Origin: Candidatus Nomurabacteria bacterium
GTDB lineage: Bacteria > Patescibacteriota > Minisyncoccia > Phycocordibacterales > SBAW01
Reading direction: 5' to 3'
NCBI GenBank assembly: GCA_943349945.1
Contig: CALQZS010000001.1
Span: 213,739-277,738, forward strand
Length of the DNA stretch: 64,000 bases
The notes under the pieces were generated by a model, which saw only the letters and a program-made list of their open reading frames with translations, had not been told where the DNA came from and searched no databases. The translations under genes and the position numbers were made by a program. Positions 1 to 9,055 of the stretch are shown one piece after another; position 1 is the stretch's first letter; every line of letters begins with the position of its first letter.

Positions 1-1175
1 ATAACCGGCGTATCTGCCTCCATAGCACTTAGGCGCTTGTTGACCTCCTTTACCGTCGAGGCTACCACCCCTTTGCGTTCGTCGTTTATCGCATTGAGCA
101 CGCGCGCATGCTCTTTTGCCTCCTCTGTTGTTTGACTGCGCAGCAGCATGGCGGCAGTTTCGGGCGAGCCCATGCGCGACGCAGCGTTGATGCGCGGCGC
201 TATCATAAACCCAATATCATCTTCGGTCAGTGTGTGCGGCTTGATGCGCAACAACGCCAAGAGCGCGGCCAAGCCGGGGCGACGGTTGCGGCGCATCACA
301 AGTAGCCCATAGCGAGCGAGCATCCTATTTTCCCCCACCAAGGGAACCATGTCGGACATGGTGCCAAGCCCCACCAAGTCGAGCAGCCATTTTTCCTTGC
401 CTACAATGTATGTACCTGCCGTGCCTGTGGCGCGCATCTTTTGCAGCACCCCTTGGACCAACTTCCACGCCACCCCTGCCCCACAGAGCCCGTCGAAGGG
501 GTATGCGCTGTCGGGGCGTTTGGGATTTATTACTGCAAAAGCAGGCGGAAGATCTGGTACAAGTTGAAGATCTGGCGTAGGCGGAAGGTTATGAGTAATA
601 TCCTCCGCAACAACTTCCCCCACAAAAGTCCTCGGGTCTCCCTCGACCGTCTTCGGACGGTCTTCGGGCCAGACTGTTTGCGTTGGAAGTTGTTGCTTCG
701 TACCGACCAAGTGGTGATCGGTCACGATGACATCTATCCCCTGCTCGTTTGCAAACGCAATAGAGTCGTACTCGGTGGTGCCCAAGTCGACCGTCATCAC
801 CAAAGTGACCCCTTCTTCTTTAAGCTCGGCGAGGCCGCCCACATTGAGCCCGTACCCTTCTTTGTGGCGGTGCGGTATGTAGTGCCGGACAGAGAGCCCC
901 ACGTCGCGCAAAAATTCTGTAAGCAACACACCACCGGGGATACCGTCGCAGTCGTAGTCGCTCCACACCGCCACCTTTTCGCCCTGTGCTTTGGCATGCA
1001 AAATACGGTCGACCGCCTTTTCCATATCAGGCAACAAAAATGGGTCGTGACTGTCGCGGTCGAAGTCGGGCTCCAAAAAACGAGCAATGGCCTCGTCGTC
1101 GGTAATACCGCGAGCGTGGAGCAGGTCGGGAATTAAGTCTTCGTGCGCTCGCTCCCGTACGCGGTATTTTTTCAT
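1..1175 (-). CDS. recJ: Single-stranded-DNA-specific exonuclease RecJ (N-terminal part; gene continues past window start)
   Basis: Own translation of minus strand from ATG (complement of 1173-1175): MKKYRVRERAHEDL...; DHH-family motifs SDYDCDGI and VIVTDHH. Not in the ORF track because it is truncated at the window edge. Confidence 0.7.
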   Translation of the reverse strand, partial: MKKYRVRERAHEDLIPDLLHARGITDDEAIARFLEPDFDRDSHDPFLLPDMEKAVDRILHAKAQGEKVAVWSDYDCDGIPGGVLLTEFLRDVGLSVRHYIPHRHKEGYGLNVGGLAELKEEGVTLVMTVDLGTTEYDSIAFANEQGIDVIVTDHHLVGTKQQLPTQTVWPEDRPKTVEGDPRTFVGEVVAEDITHNLPPTPDLQLVPDLPPAFAVINPKRPDSAYPFDGLCGAGVAWKLVQGVLQKMRATGTAGTYIVGKEKWLLDLVGLGTMSDMVPLVGENRMLARYGLLVMRRNRRPGLAALLALLRIKPHTLTEDDIGFMIAPRINAASRMGSPETAAMLLRSQTTEEAKEHARVLNAINDERKGVVASTVKEVNKRLSAMEADTPV

Positions 1176-1217
1176 CAAATTTAGTATACTAAAGGCTAGC
1201 GACATATGTAAAAAAAA

Positions 1218-1550
1218 ATGGAAAGCTGTATTTTTTGTAAAATAGCGGCTGGAGAAATACCCGCCGACAAAGTATACGAAGACGACATGGTCGTCGCCTT
1301 TTTGGACATCAACCCCAAAGCGCCTGGCCACACCCTGCTTATACCAAAAGCCCACCATCAATGGTTCCAAGATTTGCCCGACGATATATACACCGACCTC
1401 TTTCGTACTGCCAAAAAAATAGCGCAGGATATAAAAATTAAAAACGACGCCGACTATGTACGGCTTGGTATTGTGGGCACCGACGTACCACACACGCACA
1501 TACACCTTGTGCCACAAAAGTTGAGCGACAAAAAAGTCCAAGGACTTTAG
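1218..1550 (+). CDS. HIT-family (histidine triad) nucleotide hydrolase
   Basis: 110 aa; histidine triad HTHIHLV near C-terminus; N-terminal CxxC (CIFCKI) typical of HINT proteins. Confidence 0.85.
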   Translation: MESCIFCKIAAGEIPADKVYEDDMVVAFLDINPKAPGHTLLIPKAHHQWFQDLPDDIYTDLFRTAKKIAQDIKIKNDADYVRLGIVGTDVPHTHIHLVPQKLSDKKVQGL

Positions 1551-2629
1551 TTTTTGAGCACCTCAAGCGCAGGCAAGGTACCGTCGGCCAAAAACTGGAG
1601 CATCGCTCCGCCGCCGGTCGAGACAAACACACGCTCTGCATCAAACTGCATACCCGAAAGTGCAGCGGCAGTATCTCCCCCGCCCACCACCGCTTTGGCC
1701 GTACCGTCGACAAGCGCCTGCGCAAGCAAGCGGGTACCGTCGACAAACCCCTCTTCATAAATCCCTAGAGGACCATTCCACAATACAAATGGTGCTTCTT
1801 TTGTTTTTTGCGCCCACGCAAGTGCTGTGGTTGGGCCTACATCCACCGCGCGCTCGTTGATGCGTATATCGTTGACCAAGGTACTGCGCTCGGCCTTGTG
1901 TGCCACATCGCTCACAATTAAATCAGTAGGCAGTGTGATGCGCTGGTCTGCCGCCAACTCTGTGGGCACCGCATTGTCCGAGACAAAGGACCCGCCCACA
2001 GGGAAGCCGCGAGCCTTGAGCATGTCGTTGGCCAAAGCGCCACCCAGCAACAATTCTCCGTACACAGCCATCAATTTAGTAAACAAGGGTATTTTTGTTT
2101 CAAATTTTGCACCCCCAACCACCGCAATAGCGCCCTGCGGCGGCGTGAGCGCCTGGGTTAGGTGAGCCACTTCGTCGAGCAGTCGCAAGCCAGCGGCGCT
2201 GGGCAAAAGTGTAGGCAACAACACCATAGACGCATGTGCGCGGTGCGAGTTGGCGAAGGCGTCGTTTATATATACGTCGCCCTGTGCAGCAAGCTCTTGT
2301 GCAAAGGCTAGGTCGTTTGCCTCTTCGCGCGGGTCAAAACGCAAGTTCTCGAGCATCTCTATGTTGGGAGACGATACTAGCTCGCGCAAACGCGCCAACA
2401 CCGGCGCCACACGCAAAGAGTCGTCTGCGCCGCTTGGCCTACCCACGTGGGTAAGCACGATAATTTTTGCAGCACCGCGCTCTAGCAAAAGTTGCACCGT
2501 GGGCACCACGGCCTTGATGCGCGCATCGTCTACCACTTTGCCTCCAGCTAGCGGCACATTGCAGTCGGCACGAAGCAGCACCCGCTTACCCGAAACGTCC
2601 ACATCAACAACACTTTTTATTTCTTGCAT
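1547..2629 (-). CDS. pgk: Phosphoglycerate kinase
   Basis: 360 aa; N-term MQEIKSVVDVDVSGKRVLLRADCNVPL matches the PGK signature; overlaps tpiA stop by 13 nt (operon). Confidence 0.9.
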   Translation of the reverse strand: MQEIKSVVDVDVSGKRVLLRADCNVPLAGGKVVDDARIKAVVPTVQLLLERGAAKIIVLTHVGRPSGADDSLRVAPVLARLRELVSSPNIEMLENLRFDPREEANDLAFAQELAAQGDVYINDAFANSHRAHASMVLLPTLLPSAAGLRLLDEVAHLTQALTPPQGAIAVVGGAKFETKIPLFTKLMAVYGELLLGGALANDMLKARGFPVGGSFVSDNAVPTELAADQRITLPTDLIVSDVAHKAERSTLVNDIRINERAVDVGPTTALAWAQKTKEAPFVLWNGPLGIYEEGFVDGTRLLAQALVDGTAKAVVGGGDTAAALSGMQFDAERVFVSTGGGAMLQFLADGTLPALEVLKN

Positions 2630-3372
2630 ATACGCATCAATTCTATGAATGAAGTAACTTCTGTACTCGCCCGCCCCACCAAAAATCCGGAAATATCTCC
2701 CTCGGCAAGCAGCCCCGGCGCATTATGCGCATCCACCGAGCCGCCATAGAGTATCGGTATTTTGATGCCCACCGCACGCCCCAAGAGGTCTGCAAGAGTT
2801 TTGCGTATAAAAATTACCATTTCGCGCAACTCGGCAGGAGGCAATGCTTCGGACGCATCTTTGCCAATAGCCCATACGGGTTCGTAAGCCACCACAACCT
2901 TGGCTGCAGCGGGTTTGCCATTTGCGCCCATAAGCGCCTGCGCAAGTTGCCCCGCCACCACAGAAAAATGGGCACCCGACGGGTCGCGCTCTGTTTCGCC
3001 CACACACAAGACCACCATAAGCCCAGCATTGTGTGCTGCGGCAACCTGCGCCGGCACTAGCGCACCTTCGGTAGCGCGGCGCTCTGAGTGGCCCACAATA
3101 ACCCAAGCAGCCCCTGCAGCCTTGAGCATCACCGCGGAAACCTCGCCGGTATGTTGTGCATCATCAAAAGGCGACACGGTTTGCCCGGCAATTTTTATGC
3201 GGCTCCCCGCAGCGGCTGCAAGCGTCGGCAGGAGCGTAAACGACGGCGCAAGCACTACATCAACGCCAGAGATATTTTGCGCCTTGCGTTTACATGCCGC
3301 TATAAAACGCTTCGCTTCCTCTGGCTTCTCGATATACATCTTCCAGTTACCCACGAGCAACTTCTTTTTCAT
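2617..3372 (-). CDS. tpiA: Triosephosphate isomerase
   Basis: 251 aa; GNWKM N-terminal motif, VAYEPVWAIG active-site region. Confidence 0.9.
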   Translation of the reverse strand: MKKKLLVGNWKMYIEKPEEAKRFIAACKRKAQNISGVDVVLAPSFTLLPTLAAAAGSRIKIAGQTVSPFDDAQHTGEVSAVMLKAAGAAWVIVGHSERRATEGALVPAQVAAAHNAGLMVVLCVGETERDPSGAHFSVVAGQLAQALMGANGKPAAAKVVVAYEPVWAIGKDASEALPPAELREMVIFIRKTLADLLGRAVGIKIPILYGGSVDAHNAPGLLAEGDISGFLVGRASTEVTSFIELMRICKK

Positions 3373-3390
3373 GTAGCAACTATACCGTCT

Positions 3391-5136
3391 CTAGTCCTGT
3401 CCTGCCACTTTGAGCACCTCGTCTATACTGGTTAAGCCTTGCGCAGCCTTGACCACCCCATCCCCCACCAGCGAAAATAGCCCGGACTCTTTTGCTGCCT
3501 CTTGGAAAAGCGCTGCATCAGCTTCGCGCAAGATAAGCTCCTTGAGCACAGCGGAAGTTGGCCACACTTCTTGTAGCCCCAGCGCGCCGCTGTAGCCGCC
3601 TTTGCACTGACCACATGATTTTGCAGTAAAAAACGCGACATCCTTCCATAGTGCTTGGCTGTCGATTTTGTTTTCTGATTTTAAAATAGCGAGCACCTGG
3701 CCCAAGTCGGCATGCGTACTTATTGCATCCATTTGTGCGCGGCCCAGCCTGTGTTGTTCGTTGTTTGGGCAAAGTTTGGGCACCACCGCGGTACCCACAA
3801 CGCAGCGTAGCGCAGAGGCAAGCAACAGCGGCGGCACACCAAGCGTCAACAAACGCTCCAAACCTGCAGCAGCAGACGACGCCTCTATTGCCGCCAACAC
3901 CAGCACACCACGATTTGCCGCCTCGGCGGCAAGCAGCGCCGTGTCGGCATCGTGCAAGTTGGAAACCATCACCACGTCCGGGTCTTGGCGCAGCGCCGCG
4001 CGCAACGCCACCCCAAATGTAAGCCCCATCTCAGGCGCAACAGCTGTTTGTGTTACAAAGGGAAGATACATCTCTATAGGGTCTTCCACTGAGGCAATAC
4101 TTGCCCCGCGGCCGCCAAGCATGTCGAGCAGCGTGTACAACAAGGTGGTTTTGCCCGACTGCCGCTGGCCCGCCACCAACACCAACCCAGACTTAAGCGA
4201 CAGCGCTTGGTGCAACTCGTCGCGTGCTTGCGTGTGGAGCCCTAGCGACTCCAACGTAAAGCCCCGACGACCTCCCTGCTCGGACACCAGCTGCAACACC
4301 ACCTTTTCCCCCGAGGCACCGCCGACCACAACAGGCACCGTGGAGACACGTACCGAAACCTCTGCATCGCCCACCGCTACGCGGAACCTCCCCTCTTGAG
4401 GCAGTGTTGTGCTGAGCGACAACTGGGCCAGCTGTTTGAGCCGCGCCGCAATGCCCGCAAATGCGGCCTTGGGTAATTGCATAGCATCATAGAGCGTCGT
4501 CCCTATCCGGTAACGAAGTAGGAGCCCTTGTTCGCGCGGCTCTAGGTGGACGGCGCTCGCGCCTTGGTATAGCGCGTGGCCAATAAGCGCATCCACCGCG
4601 GAGCGAGTATGCAGACGCTCGGCAAGCACGCCAGGCGTCGCTGCGTCAGCCGCCACAGCGGCTGCATCACGGGCAATATGTGCGCCAAACTGTTCTTTGA
4701 GGTGCCGCTGGTAGTGCAAAAGCGCGCGGGTCATAGACTCGCGGTCGGTCAGGCGAGGCGCGATTTTGTATTTTGTATGTAAATGCAGCTGTTCGAGCGC
4801 AGACAAGTCGGCAATATCAAGCAGCGCCACCTCAAGCACCTCGCCGCGAAGCGCCAAGGCAACCAAACTGTGCCTCCGGGCAAGTGGCTCGGGCACCATA
4901 GCCAGGGCATCGTGCGCAATTTCGTTTGGAGTAAAGCGCACAAAGGGTAGTCCGAGACCACGCGCCATCGCGCGCCGCACCTCATCCTCGCCCAGCGCAC
5001 CCGTCTCGACCAGCACCCGCGAGAGCGGTGTGCCCGACGTCTCTGCTAGCCGCAGTGCAGCATCCAACTGCGAGCGAGACAGCAGCCCCGCGTCGAGTAA
5101 AAAATCTCGCAACCGCTCTTCTTCTGCGTACATCAC
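3391..5136 (-). CDS. GspE/PilB-family type II/IV secretion ATPase homologue with degenerate catalytic motifs
   Basis: 581 aa; GspII_E N-domain; Walker A GQRQSGKTT; Asp box VEDPIE; Walker B region LRQDPDVVMVSNLHD (canonical DPDVIMVGEIRD; catalytic Glu replaced by Asn); His box replaced (LVLAAIEAS instead of LVLSTLHTN); only partial tetracysteine (CGQC retained). Confidence 0.75.
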   Translation of the reverse strand: MMYAEEERLRDFLLDAGLLSRSQLDAALRLAETSGTPLSRVLVETGALGEDEVRRAMARGLGLPFVRFTPNEIAHDALAMVPEPLARRHSLVALALRGEVLEVALLDIADLSALEQLHLHTKYKIAPRLTDRESMTRALLHYQRHLKEQFGAHIARDAAAVAADAATPGVLAERLHTRSAVDALIGHALYQGASAVHLEPREQGLLLRYRIGTTLYDAMQLPKAAFAGIAARLKQLAQLSLSTTLPQEGRFRVAVGDAEVSVRVSTVPVVVGGASGEKVVLQLVSEQGGRRGFTLESLGLHTQARDELHQALSLKSGLVLVAGQRQSGKTTLLYTLLDMLGGRGASIASVEDPIEMYLPFVTQTAVAPEMGLTFGVALRAALRQDPDVVMVSNLHDADTALLAAEAANRGVLVLAAIEASSAAAGLERLLTLGVPPLLLASALRCVVGTAVVPKLCPNNEQHRLGRAQMDAISTHADLGQVLAILKSENKIDSQALWKDVAFFTAKSCGQCKGGYSGALGLQEVWPTSAVLKELILREADAALFQEAAKESGLFSLVGDGVVKAAQGLTSIDEVLKVAGQD

Positions 5137-5180
5137 TCATTAGTATACCGCCTTGGCGGCACACCTTGCACGGGATAAAA

Positions 5181-7649
5181 CTACTGTTCGATATAACTTG
5201 GAAGCAAGTTCACCACTGCGCTTGCAGAGTTAGACCCGTAGGCATTGGTACAGGTGAGGGTGAAGGTAGTCTGCGCATCCAGGGGACCAGAGTCTACATC
5301 AGCGCCAGAGAGTGCCGTACTAGAGAATCCGTTTTGTCCGGTTACGGAACATGAGATTGCGTCGGTAGTAGACCAGTCGAGTTTGGTGGACGTATCTTTA
5401 CGCACACGCGTTGGGTCGGCACTAAGAGAAATAGTTGGCAAACATTGCGTGTCTGATGGTGCTGCGACACTACAGGAGCCGTTGCACATCACCGTACCAG
5501 AACTTGTTTGGCCACAGACGTTTGCGCCGGAAGTGCATGAGTTGCCGTAGGTGGCAGGCACAGGTGGCACCGTTGCCGAGCAATTGCAGCCCGAGTCGTA
5601 AGTACCAGTGGCATAGTTGCAGGCATTTGAAACACTACAAGCAGCTCCAACGGTGCAGGCTGCCGTCACATTCACATCGGTCCATCCACCACAGTTGTTT
5701 GCTTCGTTTGACTCGGCAATGACACCTACGGTGTCGCCGCTATAGGATTTGTCGGCACAGACGCGGATGCCGTAGGTGCCAGCTGCAGGGAAGGTGTAGG
5801 ACTGGGTAGCTATGCCACTACCCCACGCAGTCAAGGCAGACATGTTGGAAGCAGCTAGGTCGGTGATGACCTCTGCAGCGTGGGCGATGTTAAAGAGTTT
5901 GGTAAAGATGTTATGTGGAGCAGTGGCTGTGGTGTTGCTGCGTACTTGGTAGAAGTTTTGGAAGCCAATGTTGGTAGAGCCACCTCCTGTGTTGGTGACT
6001 GTGGCAGAGAAGGTGGTGGGGGTGCCTGCAACTGCACTAGTAGGGGTGATGCCCGAGACCGTGAGGTCTGGGGTACCTCCACAAGAAAAAACAGGTGTAT
6101 TACCAGAAACATTCCAGTTTACAGGGTCCCCGGGGTGCACCCACGCGCTATACAAAGCGTTTGGGGTGGTGGGTACAGTTATGGATGTGCCAGAGTAGTT
6201 GTCTATATAGCAAACACGGGGATCCGCACTCCATGACGTCCATCCGCTTGCGCAGCTCTCTGTAGTTGGTCTGTAGTAGCGTGGATAGAATTTGGTAGCA
6301 CCAGCTGGCGTTGACCATGAAAGGACTGCGGATGTTCCTCCAGCGTTACAAGAGGCGGTCATTGTAGGGGCTGTGAGTGCCGTACAAGAAAACGATGACA
6401 TGTTTGCTGTCCAATTTACTGTACCGCCTACATTAGTGTGCACCCAAGTAGAATAGGTAACACCAGGAGTGATGCCCGAAAGGTAAGCGTAGGTTTCTGC
6501 AATATTATCTTTGTAACAACCGTATTCCCAATGTGTCCACCCAGCAGGACACGAAGAAAGGTTAGCGCTTACTCGCGGATAATAGGTAGCGCCAGAGACA
6601 GGGCTCCATGAGAGCGTAACGCCAGTACCACTTCCATCACACGCCGCATACACTGATGGATTACCAGCTGCTGGCGGCGCACATGCGCCATCCCCTGCGC
6701 GCAAGTACTGGTACTGTACTGGGCTGGTGTTGCTGTACTGCCACCATTGCCAGTTGTTGCCGTTGGGGTCGCTGCCGCCAGTACAGTAAGGGGTCCAGGT
6801 TATTGCAACCGGAGCTGGTACAACGTAGTACGTACGCTGACTCAATGGTGTACCCCAACTTGCACCATCATATCCAGATACAGAGAATATATATTCTCCT
6901 ATTGGCAAGTTGTACACTAAATTACCATTAGAATCTGCGACAGGGCCGTGGATATTTGCCCCTCCTTGCCACCAAGAGGTACCCGCCGCTTGCACAACTG
7001 AATATTGGGCATTTTGTGTACTCCAGCTTACCGTCGCTTGGCAAGTAGTTGCACCCGGAGCAGCGACACAAGGGCTGCTTGGATAGACAGAGAGGTTCCC
7101 GCTTACTTGAGCGGCTGGTTGGTTTGCCGGCGGCGCACAACTGACCGCAGTAAAGGAGTATCGTTCGTATGTATAGCCAGAGTTATTGCCCAATACCCAA
7201 ATCTGGTACCCAGCACCTCCGGTGAGAAGGCTTGAAAAAGACGACGACCCCGAACAAGGTACGCTGGAACCGAGAGATTGTACGAAGTTGCCCCCACCGT
7301 CGTGCAAGTTTATCCGAAGGCTACTGTCGCCGTTACTTTCACAACTAGGTGAATGACCAGATGCCGCTGTTTCGTTCCAAGAAAAAGATAGGTTGTTGCG
7401 CCCAGACCCATCACAACTAGGCCCTAAACTACCAAAACATGCAGCAACCCCCTGCCCTAGGCCAATTTGCTCAGGAGCCAAACTCACCACAGAAGCACGT
7501 TCTGATACAAACGCACCTGCAAAAACTAAACAAAAGGCAACAGTAGCCCCCGCCGCCATAAACTGTGGCTTTTTTATCAAAACAGAGGGGCGTACTATTT
7601 GCAGGAAAACTTTTTTACTGCGCTGCAAATATGTATTAAATTTTGTCAT
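5181..7649 (-). CDS. Large secreted cell-surface protein with FN3-like and CARDB-like Ig-fold repeats; Cys/Trp/Gly/Ser/Thr-rich
   Basis: 822 aa; hydrophobic signal-like segment MAAGATVAFCLVFAGAFV (alternative start at 7559); motifs GVTLSWSPVSGATYYPR (FN3-like), DLTVSGITPTSAVAGTPTTFSATVTNTGGGST (CARDB-like); two tandem ~75-aa internal repeats (YYPRVSANLSSCPAGWTHWEYGCY... / KFYPRYYRPTTESCASGWTSWSADPRVCY...). Ends 4 nt from the upstream TPR gene. Confidence 0.6.
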   Translation of the reverse strand: MTKFNTYLQRSKKVFLQIVRPSVLIKKPQFMAAGATVAFCLVFAGAFVSERASVVSLAPEQIGLGQGVAACFGSLGPSCDGSGRNNLSFSWNETAASGHSPSCESNGDSSLRINLHDGGGNFVQSLGSSVPCSGSSSFSSLLTGGAGYQIWVLGNNSGYTYERYSFTAVSCAPPANQPAAQVSGNLSVYPSSPCVAAPGATTCQATVSWSTQNAQYSVVQAAGTSWWQGGANIHGPVADSNGNLVYNLPIGEYIFSVSGYDGASWGTPLSQRTYYVVPAPVAITWTPYCTGGSDPNGNNWQWWQYSNTSPVQYQYLRAGDGACAPPAAGNPSVYAACDGSGTGVTLSWSPVSGATYYPRVSANLSSCPAGWTHWEYGCYKDNIAETYAYLSGITPGVTYSTWVHTNVGGTVNWTANMSSFSCTALTAPTMTASCNAGGTSAVLSWSTPAGATKFYPRYYRPTTESCASGWTSWSADPRVCYIDNYSGTSITVPTTPNALYSAWVHPGDPVNWNVSGNTPVFSCGGTPDLTVSGITPTSAVAGTPTTFSATVTNTGGGSTNIGFQNFYQVRSNTTATAPHNIFTKLFNIAHAAEVITDLAASNMSALTAWGSGIATQSYTFPAAGTYGIRVCADKSYSGDTVGVIAESNEANNCGGWTDVNVTAACTVGAACSVSNACNYATGTYDSGCNCSATVPPVPATYGNSCTSGANVCGQTSSGTVMCNGSCSVAAPSDTQCLPTISLSADPTRVRKDTSTKLDWSTTDAISCSVTGQNGFSSTALSGADVDSGPLDAQTTFTLTCTNAYGSNSASAVVNLLPSYIEQ

Positions 7650-7652
7650 ATA

Positions 7653-8453
7653 CTACTTCTTTGCTTGAGCTAGAGATAAATTTGCCTCTATTGCAGCTTG
7701 GAAAGCTTTGATGCTTGCCTCTATCGAGGCTGGGTCGTTGCCCGAATATGCTCGGTGCCATTGTTTTGGGGTCACCTCGCGAGCCAACGCAAGAGCTTGT
7801 GTAAAAGAAGCTTCCGCGTCTACATAGTGTAACCTGTTTAATTGCGCCAACCCCAAAGAATTCCACAACCAGGGGATATCTTTTGCCTCCGGTACTTTTA
7901 TAAAAGCATCTTGGATAACAGCTTCTGATTCTGTGTACTTGCCCTCTTTGGCTAATACGAATGCCAAATCGTTGTATCCACCCCACTCTGCAGGCGCCCA
8001 AGCAACAAAATTTCTAAAATCCTCCTCCGCTGCAGACAGGTTGTTTAGACTTATATACGTAAGCCCGCGCACATATAGGGAGCGTGGGTTGTAGGGGAAC
8101 AAAATTAATTCTGCATTGATATGTGCGAGCGCTCTATCAAGCTGGCCGTCCACAAAATAGATACGCGCCAGCTGGTAGCGCACCAATTGCGTCGCCGGGT
8201 CCAGCTGCAGCGCCAGTTCATATGACGCGGCAGCTTTGCGCAAGTTGTATTCCCCACCGCCAAAGTAGTAGTTGCCTAGTTGCGCCGCCAACGCGGCATC
8301 TGAGTGATTGAGGTAGTACGCAGCCGTTGGTGAGTGAGTATATACAAAACTGGCCACAAACTTTTGAAACGAAGGCGGCGCAACCCACCAAACTACCACC
8401 AAAAGACATAGGGCAAACAAAAATAAGAAAGCGTATGTGCGGCGGCGCATCAC
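7653..8453 (-). CDS. Membrane-anchored TPR-repeat protein
   Basis: 266 aa; N-terminal TM (AFLFLFALCLLVVVWWVA); TPR-like repeats (YELALQLDP..., ARIYFVDGQLDRALAHINAEL...). The annotated start is GTG; an ATG follows 3 nt later. Confidence 0.65.
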   Translation of the reverse strand: MMRRRTYAFLFLFALCLLVVVWWVAPPSFQKFVASFVYTHSPTAAYYLNHSDAALAAQLGNYYFGGGEYNLRKAAASYELALQLDPATQLVRYQLARIYFVDGQLDRALAHINAELILFPYNPRSLYVRGLTYISLNNLSAAEEDFRNFVAWAPAEWGGYNDLAFVLAKEGKYTESEAVIQDAFIKVPEAKDIPWLWNSLGLAQLNRLHYVDAEASFTQALALAREVTPKQWHRAYSGNDPASIEASIKAFQAAIEANLSLAQAKK

Positions 8454-8550
8454 ACTACCTAGTGTACGCTATATATCAGCAACAAAAAGTGGAAAACTAC
8501 AAATGAGAAGACCCAACGCCGCGAGTGCAACGTTGGGTCTTGTGCCGGAA

Positions 8551-8841
8551 TCATCCGGACTTCGAGGACAGGCTCTGCGTAAGGACCTGCGCCAGGCCCT
8601 TGGCATAGTCTGCGGCGTTCGCCGCGTCGAGCCCCATGTTCTGGTCGGTGTACGACCCGACACGGAGCCCGTCGATGCGCGCCTGCTTCAGCGTGACTTC
8701 CGCCACCTTGGCGCGGTTGAGCGCCGCGTCGCAGACGAGGTCCTTCTGGCAGGCCGCCCGCTCGTCGAAGCTCAGCTCCTGGCCGAGTGCGGGGCCGGCA
8801 AGCGCGATCATGATTACAAAGAAACGTCCGATATTACGCAT
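8551..8841 (-). CDS. Small secreted protein (signal peptide) in a high-GC patch
   Basis: Start MRNIGRFFVIMIALAGPALG-QELS...; GGAGG RBS 5 nt upstream; high GC; a 174-aa ORF on the opposite strand (8437..8961) is judged a GC artefact. Confidence 0.5.
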   Translation of the reverse strand: MRNIGRFFVIMIALAGPALGQELSFDERAACQKDLVCDAALNRAKVAEVTLKQARIDGLRVGSYTDQNMGLDAANAADYAKGLAQVLTQSLSSKSG

Positions 8842-8896
8842 AACAACCTCCATTGGATGTTTCGGTGCGTCCCACCTTGGGCCACCAATACATACT

Positions 8897-8925
8897 ATCT
8901 TAGCATGTTAAGCAAATTTTGTCAA
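8897..8925 (-). promoter_or_regulatory. Sigma70-like promoter (TTGACA-17-TAAGAT) for the 8551..8841 gene
   Basis: Read on minus strand: ttgaca + 17 nt + taagat, ~50 nt upstream of the start codon. Confidence 0.4.
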
Positions 8926-9055
8926 GTATTTTGTAGCGACCCAACATCCAAGAGGTATTGACTTTTATATAATAAAAGTGTCAAGTAACCTTTAGTTGCA
9001 ACCCGTTCCTTCCCGCCTTGGGCGGCATAGGACCACATACCAGTCGAGGTATCCA

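Noticed and set aside
441-1136. 231-aa plus-strand ORF (and 797..1087 minus) in the first kilobase
   Set aside because: These lie antisense or out of frame to a clear recJ reading frame (DHH motifs) on the minus strand. They have no RBS and no motifs.
2723-3376. Several 76-158-aa ORFs on both strands inside tpiA, and likewise 1554-2648 inside pgk
   Set aside because: They are fully contained within strongly supported glycolytic genes. Frame-shadow ORFs.
8437-8961. 174-aa plus-strand ORF; similar stacked ORFs at 17297-17846, 39612-40446 and 44782-45302
   Set aside because: These are high-GC patches where stop codons are rare on all frames. The opposite-strand or in-frame genes carry signal peptides, RBSs and promoters, and the stacked ORFs have none.
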